A stretch of 63,877 nucleotides of DNA from Eledone cirrhosa (GCA_964016885.1 OZ024749.1:682124-746000); one strand, 5' to 3'; shown: positions 14,221 through 26,844, numbered from the stretch's first letter. The notes: generated by a model not told the origin, from the letters alone. Program-made: numbers and translations.

Positions 14221-16518
14221 AAGAAACAATGCAGTTAATAATAAGAGTTGAAATTATTGCATGCAAGGTTTCACATCACTCCTTCAGTCTGCCTACCCTC
14301 ATATATAAAGATCAGTGGCCTCCTCCAATCTTTATGTAGCTAAGCACCTCTTCACCAGAAAGTCTCACAAAAATTGAAAATACATATCTTCTAATTATTT
14401 TGAGGTTCCAACGAATCGTGAGTTTTTAAGATATCATGTTTTGCTTATAGTAAATACTAGTCATATATATATATATATGACTAGCTTAACTCTTAACCTC
14501 TTGCACCACATTAATAAGACAGTAAACCATGCAAAACGGAGTTATGACTGCATAAAAAATTATAGTCCTTCCTTTAGTTTACTGCAAATATTCACAAAGA
14601 TCTCTCCACAAGTAAAGATACTGTAAACATTTGATTTAACAAAACAAATTAGCAAGACGCTCTTGAAAAGCAACTTAAGTCTAGTTTACTGCAAAGTCCA
14701 CAAATTAATATACTATAAACATCTGAATTAACAAACTACACGAAACCACCTTAGCAAAATCTTAATCCTACAAAACAACACTGCATAACATAAAAATTGA
14801 AGACTTAAGACTAAATACTGCAAATCTTTTACGATCTGTCCACTAAAAAAGACATTGTGAATATTTGAATTAACAAACCTGTTTTAGATATTTTCTGTTC
14901 AATTATTCATTACAGGATATTAGGAATTAAATGAAAAAAATGTTCATATAGTTTGAAGTATCTATTATGGATTTAGAGTTTCAATAAAACTATCTGTACT
15001 TTTTAATATCTCTTTTACAATTATATTAAAATTATTTGGTGAAATATACTTTTAAATAAACGTCAATAATATAATATTCAATAGAAAAAGTATATAAAAC
15101 TTATAAAGAAATAATCGATATGTTTCTAAAATTTTGGTTGAAGGGGAAGCGAACTAAACGGATTTACAAGAGAATTCCATCTTAATTTGTGAAACATTGT
15201 TCCATATGGTTGAATAAATAAACAAACATTTACATTTTCCAAATATCGTTTGAAATAAAATCCATTTAAGTATAGTGGACAGCTGAAAAGATCCACATCT
15301 CAGCAATGACCATGATACATGCTGCACTTATATCAAAACAATATAGCAACAGCTACAGAAGAAAAAATAACGATATCGACTTGATAGAATACGAAGACAA
15401 ATAATAAAATATAGATAGATGGTTCAATATATAGACAGATATATATATATATATATACAGATGGCTCGATAGATAGGTAGATAGATTGGCAAGAGGAATA
15501 TGGTTATATTTAATTGGAACACTTTCAGTCAATGATTGCAAAATAAAATTTGCAAGAGAGAAAAAATATTAGGATCGCTATGAATTATGAAAACTAGCAA
15601 CATCGTTTTAGCTTAACATTTATTGTGTTGGAGATGATAGAATGATAAGAAATCTGAATTAAAAATAGATATAACTTGACATAATATATAACCAATTGTT
15701 TACACATGCAGAATTTCTCCGGGAAAAAGTATATTATGCATAAGAAACCTACCTAAATGGCAGGAATATATATATATATAGTTAATAAAGATACATATAC
15801 ACATATAACTCATCAAAAGCGATATTTTCATAAACAACAGTTTTGTTTTGTTTTAAATATATGCAACAAATAAAACGCGACAAATTTGAGCAGAGATGAA
15901 GGGAGGATATTGCTACACTATATAGACATATATACACTATATATAAAATGAAAACACCTACTCTGCGCTCTCACCATATTTATATTAAGGTTAAAAGTGA
16001 GTCTTGTTACTCTGGAGTTTCGCTTCGTCTGTTTAAGTGAAACTCCAGATTAACAAGACTCACTATTTCGCCTTAATATAAATGAATATTAAAACTCTAC
16101 TTCGGTATTGAGTACTCCTTTCTCTCAGCCGTCAACCACATACGGATGGATATATATATATAGCCAAGTGAGATAGAAATAGTAAAACGTTAAAAGTAAA
16201 CATATACATTGAAAATTCACTGCAATATATATAAATCAGAGTTAATAAATTTAAACGTGAGAGGTAAATGTGTATGTGTGTGTATATATATATATATATA
16301 TATACACGCACGCACGCACGCAGAGTTATAGCACGATAGAGTGGAGACTTCCGAAGGGGTATCAACAGATTCAAGGTCTTGCGCCAATGCCAACAGTGAA
16401 ATGCATTTCAGATATCTAGATAAACTTTTGAGAGATCGTGTTGGGGTTGTGGCTATGTCGTGGGACACTCCAAACAAGAAAATAAGGAGGAACACTAAAA
16501 GTTCAAGTGACTACTTAC

Positions 16519-16532
16519 TAATTCTCCGCCAT
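16519..16532 (-). CDS. Candidate first coding exon (ATG GCG GAG AAT TA|GTAAGT)
   Basis: AAGATGGCGG strong start context (also a YY1 motif) followed by a consensus GTAAGT donor in a CpG-enriched island. Confidence 0.5.
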
Positions 16533-16660
16533 CTTCCGAGAGAGCGCGTTTTATGTTGCAGCCTGGGAAATCTTTCGCTGTTGGCGGCCGAGAGCCACGT
16601 GGAGCATCACATGACCCAGCAAGTACCTTGCAAAAATATATTTCACCACTTCACGTCGAT
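16533..16660 (-). promoter_or_regulatory. Candidate promoter/5'UTR with E-boxes
   Basis: Local CpG enrichment; CACGTG (16596-16601) and TCACATGAC (16607-16615) just upstream of the candidate start. Confidence 0.5.
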
Positions 16661-17039
16661 ATACTATACTATACTATACAAGCTAGTAGCTTATATATAT
16701 TGTTGTGGGTTTTTTAAAAATTATAATGCATAGTTGGGTCTTAATGCTTTGGTGAGGGGAATCTCCCTAGCTTTGACAAATGCATTTTACTTTAATAATA
16801 GTAGTAGTAATATTAAAAGAATTTCACCGCGACACAGAAACGCCCGAGGTTGAAAATTAGAGATACTTAAGTTGTTGGTTCCTCTTTTACAAGTTATATT
16901 TATTCAAAAACAAAAATTAATCACGATTCTTAGAGAATTGAAAATATACACACAAATAATAGATAAAATACCTAGTTATATAAATATTGAGTCAACTAAT
17001 GCGAGTGTGTAAGAGAATGTAATCACACACACACACACA

Positions 17040-17081
<42 letters not shown>

Positions 17082-17308
17082 AATGAAGTAATTCCGTCGG
17101 AAAAGTCCAGGAAAAAAGAGTGCTCTATGTAGGTAACAGAGCTTAATAGTTAACTATATATATATATATCCGTATGTGGTTGACGGCTGAGAGAAAAAAG
17201 TACTCAATACCGAACGAAGTAGAGTTTTTATATTCATGTTATTAAGGCGAAATAGTGAGTCTTGTTAATCTGGAGTTTCGTCTGTTTATCACACGGTCAG
17301 ATAAAAAT

Positions 17309-17338
17309 TTGTCTGATGACAAGCGAAACTCCAGAGTT
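17309..17338 (+). ncRNA. Reduced hammerhead motif in a PLE pseudo-LTR fragment
   Basis: TTGT-CTGATGA-CAAGC-GAAA-CTCCAGAG-TT; stem II collapsed; related 3' halves at 16004-16060 end GAG-TA-ACAAG. Confidence 0.45.
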
Positions 17339-17881
17339 TAATTAGCCTTAATAAAATGAATATATATTTATGTGTCTGGTACCATACTAGGATCGATATG
17401 ATCGACTAAAATTCCTTCTTTAAAGTGATGACCGCAGTCTAAACCTATATATATATACACACACCCATATAGCCTACATTATTTGCATAGCTAGGACAAA
17501 TATACAATTGATACCTTCAGCTAAATAAATTATAAATATAAACCACTTAAAAAAGAACACCAGAGATTTTCGGCATATATATATAAATATGTGTGTGATG
17601 CTTATATTTCTAATTAAGTTTGCACACGAGTTTGGTGCCGTTTGTTGTACGTAAGAACAACTTCGGTATATAGTTTTCACAAACGAATGATCGGTTCTCT
17701 AAACAATTGTTTCCCTGATTCATCGATTGCTGGTCACAACAGTAGTAACTGTACTTTTTACTACCTATAAGATACTCCTCACTCATTAGGAGCTGAACGA
17801 TCACCGTGCTCAGGAGGAAAAATCACATTGACTTTCTTCAACAAATATCGATCGATCGATCAGTATAAAAAAGAAGAGTGA

Positions 17882-17936
<55 letters not shown>

Positions 17937-18585
17937 ATGTAGGAGGTGAGTTTTATTGTATAAAGCAATGCAAATATCGGATAAGTAGCACTCTACACTT
18001 TGTAGGACTGGAACTCTTTTAACCATCTTTTGATCTTATATTATATATATATACTCACTCTTCTTTATATGTGTATATATATATAATAGCCCTTGTCAAC
18101 TGACAAATAGGTTTTAATAAACAAAAACAAATCCCCAACTGTGTATTGTTAACCGAGTTATGCTAGTGGTTTGTATATGTGTGTGTGATGTATAAATATA
18201 TACAATATTCATAGATATACACATATACAATGTTTCATATTACCCACTCTACGGCTTCAAGTATCGAGTACTCTGGTGAGTAATAGTCTAACTGGTTTTT
18301 ACCGCTTCCATTCTCATATATATATATAGAGAGAGAGGGGTATGTGATGCTCGTGCCATGTGCCCCACATACAGGGGGCGCTACCTTGACTCGGAGAGTG
18401 AAAAAAGAAACTCTGTCAGACATATGTCTTATATCATAATGGGTGAGAATGCTATGTGGTGGCTGGAACATTAAACCATTTATATAAATTATTAAGCCCA
18501 TAAGTGCTGGACAGGGGCGCAATTTCGCTGTTATGCCTCTGCATACACACACATATATATATATAAATTATATATATATATATAT

Positions 18586-18949
18586 ATACGATATTAACAA
18601 ATGGAAACTATATTTATAAACCCATATTTATTTCAAGGACACCAAGTTAAATTATGGTGTGCTTTCATCAGATAAAATATAATATAGAGCAGTTTTATAA
18701 ATAAATATTGACATACCCTTAAAGAATGCAACCATTACTGTTGGAAGCTCCCGGATAGTACTCTATCCGGGAGCTTCCAACAGTAATGGTTGCATTCTTT
18801 AAGGGTATGTCAATATTTATTTATAAAACTGCTCTATATTATATTTTATCTGATGAAAGCACACCATAATTTAATTTGGTGTCCTTGAAATATGTATAAT
18901 GAAATAAATATGGTTTTATAAATATAGTTTCCATTTGTTAATATCGTAT
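18586..18949. repeat. Near-perfect palindrome of a PLE pseudo-LTR
   Basis: Centre CCGGATAG-TACT-CTATCCGG (18751-18770); arms about 175-185 bp. Confidence 0.95.
18842..18906 (+). ncRNA. Type I minimal hammerhead ribozyme
   Basis: TATTTTAT-CTGATGA-AAGCACACC/GGTGTCCTT-GAAA-TATGTA-TA-ATGAAATA. Confidence 0.8.
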
Positions 18950-19033
18950 TTTTACTCCAATTATTTGTTGAGTGCTTTATATCAGTTATAAAAACATTTG
19001 CTTGTACCCCAACAATTTAAATAGAACTTTTAC

Positions 19034-19114
<81 letters not shown>

Positions 19115-19115
<1 letters not shown>

Positions 19116-19358
19116 GTCTGACAGCGCACACCTATGCAGGTTTAGCTGGCCTCCTCCAAGGTATATCTCGTTGGAGGTGTCTTAGGTGATTTAATGATAG
19201 GGACCCCGGTCCTATCATCTCATTTCTACAGCTGAGTAAACTGGAGCAACGTGAAATAAAGAGTCTTGCTCAAGGAAACAACACATCACCTGGTCTGAGA
19301 ATTGAACTCACAACCTTTCGATTGCAAGCCCAATCTCTAACCACTAAGCCATGCGCCT
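19115..19358 (-). mobile_element. tRNA-derived SINE
   Basis: Reverse complement of the 13250 family head (TGGCTTAGTGG..GAGTTCAATTC). Confidence 0.75.
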
Positions 19359-19360
19359 TC

Positions 19361-19470
19361 ACTATGGAGATATAAAAGATACAGAAGCGGAAACCAACCA
19401 AACAGTGTGTTCTGTTATTATTTCTGACAATATTACAACAAGTATACAACCCTCCACAAGTATAACAATA
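19361..19470 (+). mobile_element. Naiad-type PLE 3' tail fragment
   Basis: Matches 50927-51037; ends at (TA)n. Confidence 0.8.
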
Positions 19471-19639
19471 TATATATATGCATACATACATATGGCTGCC
19501 CCCTTAATAATGTTATATTGTGTAATGGCCCTACGCAATATAACATTATTAATAATTATGGCCATTACACAATATACCATTATTAATAATTATCAATTAA
19601 GCTATCGTGCAATGCCTGTACGTGAAACATTTTTTTAAA

Positions 19640-19860
19640 GTGAGGAAAGACTGTACTGAGCCAATCCCACTCTCTGAGCGACGGTAGCTCGAAAAGAAGA
19701 AAGGATCAACATCATCGGTAACTTCTGAGCTGCAGGTTTTATGTCGGAGTTATCCCAGTTTCCTGAGTTGCCTTCTCCTAGAAGAATGCCCTGGCAAAGC
19801 CTAGGAGTCCTTCACTCCCAGTGGTTTAACCGCGCGATCGGGTATTTCTATGTCCCCGTG
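19640..19860 (-). mobile_element. RTE-type 5'UTR fragment
   Basis: TCTAGGAGAAGGCAACTC motif, also present in the 612-bp elements. Confidence 0.5.
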
Positions 19861-20045
19861 CATATACATACACATATATACTTATATATATATATATATA
19901 TAGGAAAGAAATAGGATATTTCGCTTCAAGCATAGCTTTATACAATATGTGTCAATATTTCGTATCTCCAAAGAAATACGGTTTTAGGAAGCCGTAGCTA
20001 TGCAAACACCGGGGGGGGGGGGGGGCTTACGCCCTCTGGTGATAT

Positions 20046-20125
20046 CCAGCAGAAGCAAGGGGGACAACCGTCTATGCATTTCAGGCTTAACTGGCCTTCG
20101 TCAAGACGGTCCCTCCTACTGCTGG
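20046..20125 (-). ncRNA. Type I hammerhead ribozyme, U3 variant
   Basis: ACCGTC-TTGACGA-AGGC/GCCT-GAAA-TGCA-TA-GACGGT with extended stem I (CCAGCAG/CTGCTGG). Confidence 0.75.
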
Positions 20126-20608
20126 ACTAGAAGACAGGCGAGAATATATACTTTTCTCGTCTGCGTAAATGAGGTGATTAATCTCATTTGCATATGAAGC
20201 TGCATAAGATGGCTCAACTTATAATAAAAAAGAAATAGGATTTCGATATAAATAATATGCACGGGTGTGTATGATTGTGTATAGAAGATTATATTAATAA
20301 AAGGAATTCCAACTTTGTCTGATTTATTCGTTTTATTTACAATCGTTTAAAATTATAATCATATTATAATGAAATAGTATGGTAGAATATTAAATGTTAA
20401 TTGAACAAGTACTTTCATGCTTTCGCAATCTTCAGGTTCATATTCAGTGGTGACAGTCAAGTTTGCAATTTTCAACTGTGACAGTTATTTAATTTGCTGG
20501 TTATTCAACAAATTTATTTATAACAGATTCGAAGCACTCTACAATTTTCTTCTGGAGTATAATATCAATAATATTAATAAATGGAAACTATCTTTATAAA
20601 ACTATATT

Positions 20609-20671
20609 TATTTTATTATATATATTTCAAGAGTACCAACATTTTTTGGTACGCCCTCATCAGATAAAATA
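20609..20671 (-). ncRNA. Type I minimal hammerhead ribozyme
   Basis: TATTTTAT-CTGATGA-GGGCGTACCAA/TTGGTACTCTT-GAAA-TATATA-TA-ATAAAATA. Confidence 0.85.
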
Positions 20672-23197
20672 CAAAAGTTGTTTTATAGATAGTGACATAT
20701 CCAAAAACAAGAACTTATCGTTTTAAGTTCTGTTTAAATAGTGAAAGAAATTCAAATCTTAGGATGAATAGGGATAACGTAAAGTTGAAAAAGATCGTTA
20801 CATTTAGACGCTAGGTAAATTTAAATAATTATTAGTGTTATTTTTTTAAGGGAAGAAGAGAGAGAGGTTAATATTAGGGTGTAAGAAAATTTAAGGGAAG
20901 AATATAAGAAAACATATATATTAAGGTTAGAAATAGACTATTATTATTAATATATAATTGTATGGATCTTATTAGTGATGGTCTAAAGAGAGTGTAATAA
21001 TTATATTTATTTATTTAATTATATAATTTGGTGGTATTTATAATATAATATGAGAATTATAAATGTGTTGAAGTGGTAGAATATCACATTTAAAAAAAAT
21101 GAGAGATACTACTAATTATTGGGTATGTAAAATATATGTAAAAATATATATATTATTTTATACATGATTTTACAGTATCATATATTACATATTTTCTAAG
21201 ATAAAAATTCTTTTATATATGTATTTAGATATCATTCCTTATATTTATGCATATGTTAGTGATATTAAGCATATATATGTATTGATGTCTATATAGTCTA
21301 TTAGGAAGAAATATTACAGACAATAAAAGTATATTCAGAAACATCACTAAAACCATCACAAAAAGGTATATTTCAAAATATCATTTAAAAATCATTTAAG
21401 AGGGATGTCATTTAGAAAAAATATCATTAAAAAAAAAATCACAAAACATAGTGAAGACATAAGATGTAAACAAGTGAGATATAGATAATATTTTCTATAG
21501 ATTATAGATACTTCTGAACGTCTTAGATTGGCGATGTCTGCAAGAATTGAATGATATTGACTACTCAATCTCTTGGGGAACGATTTCGAAAGTGCCCGCA
21601 TACCGAAATATGGCTCTCTCAAGAATTTGTCATTTGTGTATTGAGGAAATATTTCATATACTTACCAATCAAAACTCTATAAATAAAAAGAAAGAATTAG
21701 TTTTGATGATGTTTTGTGATGTTTTTTTAAAATGATATTTTTCTTTTTAAATGATATTTTTCTAAATGACATCCCTCTTAAATGATTTTTTAAATGATAT
21801 TTTGAAATATACCTTTTTGTGATGGTTTTAGTGATGTTTCTGAATATACTTTTATTGTCTGTAATATTTCTTCCTAATAGACTATATAGACATCAATACA
21901 TACATATGCTTAATATCACTAACATATGCATAAATATAAGGAATGATATCTAAATATATATATAAAATAATTTTTATCTTAGAAAATATGTAATATATGA
22001 TACTGTAAAATCATATATAAAATAATATATATATTTTTACATATATTTTACATATATATTAATTAGAATATTTTTTAAAAGTAAATTCTAGAATTAATCG
22101 GTAAATATAAATATTTTAACTAAGAAATATTGGAGTTATCTTTTCCTTTATAATGTAACACGCTTACACATTTCTTCTAAGTAACAACTAAACTTTAGAT
22201 AAATATTTAAAAAAAATTTTGTATAATTTTCGTTAACTTCGTAAATTGTAAATTATTCCTATCTTGATGCAAATATTGAAAGTACAAAATAATCTTCTAT
22301 AATAAAATAGAACTACTTCCTTTTTCTTAAATATATATTGAAAATGTAAAGAGGAAATTCATCGTAACTATTCACATATAAAAAATATTTAATTTATCTA
22401 TCTATTAATAAAAACAACATATATACTCACCAAAATTATTTATATGAATATTTATATAAATAACTTGTAATATAAAATAAAATATACTTACAACTCTAAT
22501 TCTTCATAAAATATACTTACTAAAACTCAATATTAGAATAGACCCAATAATTAGTAGTATCTCTCATTTTTTTTAAATTTGATATTCTACCACTTCAACA
22601 CATTTATAATTCTCATATTATATTATAAATACCACCAAAATATATAATTATATAATTAAATAAATAAATATAATTATTTCACTCTCTTTACACCATCACT
22701 GATTTGATCCATACAATCTAAACTATAATAAAGAAAGGAGTGCGGGACTGCGTCCAGAATATATTTTTTTACCCAGTTTGTAAAATAAGTTGGATTACTT
22801 TGAATAAATAATGAACTAATATTACATAATTTATGTGCTAGATTTCGTGGCTGTTGATTAAATATTTTATAGCTTATTTAAAGATTCACTTTTTTAACAT
22901 TTTCAAATGTCAACACTTCCGGTTAGTGGGCGTTATATTATAACACATATAAAAATATCGCATATATTTCAGTCGCTAATTTTCTCCTAATGCAGTTTAT
23001 ATATAATATCGTATTTTTTTTAATGTATCATGGATTACAGGAGACAGTGTAACAGTTATATTATGCTTCTTTCAATTTCTGTGTATATTGTCAATTACGA
23101 TTTTATTTGATGTATCATATCTACATGTATATATATTTGTATATAATATCAATATACACACTACACATACTAGCAGAAAAACCACCCGAGGGGTTAT

Positions 23198-23395
23198 ATT
23201 TAGGCACAAGGCCAGCAATTTTGGGGAAGGGGAAAGTCGACTAAATTGATCCCAGTGCATTACTGGTACTTTATTTTATCGACCCCGTAAGGATGAAAGG
23301 CAAAGTTATCCCCGGCGAGATTTGAACTCAGATCATAAAAGGCCGTAACTCCATGCTGCAAAGTATGGAGTCCAACCCTCTACCGATACTGCCAA
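23198..23395 (-). mobile_element. tRNA-derived SINE (Meta-like)
   Basis: A-box TGGCAGTATCGG and B-box GAGTTCAAATC on the minus strand. Confidence 0.8.
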
Positions 23396-23654
23396 ATAGT
23401 CTATTTCTAACTAGAATATATATTTTTCTTATATTCTTCCCTTAAATTTTCTTACACCTTAATATTAACCTCTCTCTCTTCTTCCCTTCAAAAAATAACA
23501 CTAATAATTATTTAAATTTACCTAGCGCCTAAATATAACGATCTTTTTCAACTTTACGTTATCCTAAGATTTGAATTTCTTTCACTATTCAAACAGAACT
23601 TAAAACGATAAGTTCTTGTTTTTGAATATGTCACTATCTATAAAACAACTTTTG

Positions 23655-23714
23655 TATTTTATCTGATGAGGGCGTACCAAAAAATTTTGCTACCCTTGAA
23701 ATATATATAAAATA
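23655..23714 (+). ncRNA. Hammerhead motif, inverted copy of 20609-20671, slightly deleted near the cleavage site
   Basis: TATTTTAT-CTGATGA-GGGCGTACC..CCCTT-GAAA-TATAT-ATAAAATA. Confidence 0.6.
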
Positions 23715-23771
23715 AATATGGTTTTATAAAGATAATTTCCATTTATTAATATTATATATATATATATATAT

Positions 23772-25146
23772 AGTTATACTTGGGGAGGGTCATATTTGTG
23801 TAATATTGCCAGAATTAATAACAGAACACACTCACTGTTTGGTTGGTTTTCGCTTTTCGCTTCTGTCTTTTATATCGGTAATCTAATATACTCGGTCCTC
23901 AATGTTGCCATTGACTGACCGACGGTCAAAAATAATACAGATACAATATAGACACAAACACATATATATAGTTTATCATAAATCTTTCGTTGCACATCTG
24001 CAACATCGTCAGTGGTGCTATTGTTTCCTCCTGTTGAATTGTATGGCTACGCCATTTTTATTCAGTCTGTCTATATATTTATTTATTTATTTGTTTGTTT
24101 GTTTATTTTATTTTGTCTTCTTTGCGCATGCGTTTGCGTGTGTGTATAGTGTTTTGTTTGATGTGTGATGTGTGTTCGTGATTGGGTGACTAATGTGTGT
24201 TTATGTGTTTGTTGTTATTGTGCCTGTGTATGTATTTATTTTTATTTTTATTTTTTTTTATTTTTATTTACTTATTTATTCTTCTCTTAGGTCAGTGTTG
24301 TTTGTTTGGGTGTTGTTGTTATTCCATTCATTCTTTCTGTTTAGTCTTGGTCTTCTAAGTTCTATTTCACTGGCCTCTCTGCTGGGTCATTTCTATGTTT
24401 AGATATTATTCTAATTTCTATGTTGTCTATGTTACCGTCATGTTGTTGTCTGGCATGTTCGTATAGTACTGACCCGTTTTTTCGTCCTTTTAGTTCCCCC
24501 CAGTGTTGATCTATCCTTTCACCTATGCTACGAGCTGTCTCACCTATGTATGTTGTTGTCATGTTTCTGCAGGTACCCTCTGTACATCTTATGCTATAGA
24601 CTACGTTTCTAGTTTTACAGTTTATCTGGGGGTTTACCTTACATATGATACATTTCCTATTGGTACAGTGGGTTTTCTTAAAAGGGTAGGTTTTGCTGAT
24701 CAGGGATTTTATGGTGGTTCCTGGCTTTTCTACCACCTTAATTTTTAAGTGGGTCTTTCTCAGGGCCTTTCTACACTGGTTAGCTAATTTCCCTCCAGGG
24801 GTAGCGTCCACAAACATGACACTCTGGAATCTCTGGTTGTCGTACCATGAGGTGGCTTTCCCTATCTTATGTCTAGCCTTATCTAAGCTATTCCATGATT
24901 TGCTCCTGTATAATGGGCAAATTCCTTTCATGTCCAGTTCTATGAGGGTCTTATACTTCTCCATGGCTCCTTCGTATACTCTGACTCTGTCTCTTTGGTT
25001 GTAGCCAGAGAACTGCATGCGGTTGATGAAGTGTTGGATGTGTCTTTCCATTTCTGTTGGGTCGCACATGCGGGACACATTCTTCATCACTCGTACCAAA
25101 TCTGCGATCAGAATATTAAACTTAGCACTACTGGACATTGTTGAGT
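23772..25146 (-). mobile_element. Naiad-type Penelope-like element, 5'-truncated (RT thumb, GIY-YIG, 3' pseudo-LTR)
   Basis: VMFVDATPGG..KVVEKPG, CxxxxCxxC linker, VVYSIRC..YIGETARSIGER..H; bounded by (TA)n on both sides. Confidence 0.92.
23975..24016 (-). ncRNA. Hammerhead ribozyme in the Naiad 3' region
   Basis: ACCA-CTGACGA-T-GTTGCA/TGCAAC-GAAA-GATT-TA-TGAT. Confidence 0.7.
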
Positions 25147-25156
25147 TTTTTATATA

Positions 25157-25217
<61 letters not shown>

Positions 25218-25227
25218 GTATATATGT

Positions 25228-25362
25228 CCAGAAATAGCCGTCGAAACGGCTCGAGCTCTGCCGTCGGGGTCTTGAACATTTTCCTATTACCCACTCTACT
25301 ACCCTAAGTATTGAGTACTCTGGTGCGTTATGGTTCACCTGGTTTCTTACCACACTTGCTTC
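25228..25362 (+). mobile_element. PLE pseudo-LTR tail carrying the 3' half of a hammerhead
   Basis: GAAA-CGGC..GCCG-TC followed by the ACTCT..GAGTACTC tail; related tail at 18238-18312; (TA)n flanks. Confidence 0.6.
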
Positions 25363-25379
25363 GTTATATACATATATAT

Positions 25380-26336
25380 ACTAGACATGAAAAATGCGCA
25401 AGCTCAAAAGTGCCACAGAATGTTATAATAAACCTTCAAAAGTGTGGGACTAGAGTTGTTGCTAAAAAATATTGTAATCATTATATATCGTACATTCTGT
25501 GGCATCCTTTATAAAAATAGCTTAAACCAACGAAGCCTTTATTTTTACGCTATTTCACTTAGTTAATTCTTAGAGTGTAACATATAAAAATATGATTTAC
25601 AACTATAAAATAAATTAATTAATATAATAACAGAGCTGCGGAGCTGAAATTTAGGAAATAAGGGAATATCGGATCCTGAGTTGGAGCCAGTCAATTTTTG
25701 GCCGACTCCGCAGCCCTGTATAATACATTTCATATTAAAGTTATTAATAAACCTATTTTACACTGCATGCAAATTACCATGAGATATTGATATTAGATAT
25801 AAGATACAGCGCAATATCTACAGCTGTAAAAGTACGAAAGCGAAGTAATAATAAGTGGCTTAAGGTAATTCCAATATGAAAGTTTGTAGTGATAAAAATT
25901 TGATAATGCAATACGATTGTTAATATTATAGTTCTATGAAAATGTAACAATAGATAACTAAATTATTTTACTATTAGTATATTTAAGAAATTATCATTAT
26001 AGATTTGATCGTTCATATAAGCATCATATTACTTTTCAACACAATTATTTTGTTACTATGAGTATATGATAATAATATTACGTAATTATTTATAGCTGTT
26101 ATTACATTAAACATAGATGTATTTATTTTTATATGTTACACTCTAAGAATTAACTAAGTGAAATAGCGTAAAAATAAAGGCTTCGTTGGTTTAAGCTATT
26201 TTTATAAAGGATGCCACAGAATGTACGATATATAATGATTACAATATTTTTTAGCAACAACTCTAGTCCCACACTTTTGAAGGTTTATTATAACATTCTG
26301 TGGCACTTTTGAGCTTGCGCATTTTTCATGTCTAGT
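25380..26336. repeat. 213-bp apparently perfect inverted repeat pair
   Basis: 25380-25592 is the reverse complement of 26124-26336. Confidence 0.95.
25631..25718. mobile_element. hAT-type MITE
   Basis: CAGAGCTGCGGAG..CTCCGCAGCCCTG TIRs with 8-bp TSD TATAATAA/TATAATAC. Confidence 0.75.
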
Positions 26337-26844
26337 TTAATATTTTTTTAAGGCAACGCTTGTAATAACTCTAGTTAAAGAGGATATATATTAATAATAA
26401 ATTATCGTTGTAATGTAATTAGATTATGTAATTGTTATTATAAATTATCTTATAAATATTAGTGTAAGATGTATATAAATCAATATATTATACATAATAG
26501 AAAACATAAAATAAACAATACAAAAACAAAATATTTACATACAATTGCAATTATCAGTGTATATACATTTTCTTTATATTCCCTGAGCAAATTAATAAGA
26601 TTTGTTTTTATTGTACATAATTTGATGACTTGTTGGAGTGTATTAAAAGATAGCAACAATTTGTGATTAAATTGTTATCTTAAGCAACTCACTTTTTAAT
26701 AGTTGTTGGCTGAGCGAAATTGTAAAAGCCTATGAGCAAATATAAAAAAAAAATACACAAACAACATTTCCTTGTGTTATTACAACATTAGATAAAATAA
26801 TTGAGCAATGTCGTTATATTTTGCTCTTATTGCACATTAATAAT

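Larger units (their letters stand above)
20560..23755. mobile_element. Rearranged Hydra-type PLE remnant with three nested inverted-repeat pairs
   Basis: 20560-20941/23397-23755, 20957-21124/22542-22717 and 21124-21428/21749-22054; GIY-YIG C-terminus (IDYSISW..CHLC..INKKKEL) at 21530-21705. Confidence 0.8.

Noticed and set aside
16341-16733. 130-aa plus-strand ORF
   Set aside because: No recognisable motif; overlaps the stronger minus-strand start/donor signal, so probably a by-product of local GC content
25147-25294. N-terminus of the 310-aa ORF and the many YIYI/VCVC/LSLS ORFs in the track
   Set aside because: Read-through of stop-free microsatellites, not real coding sequence
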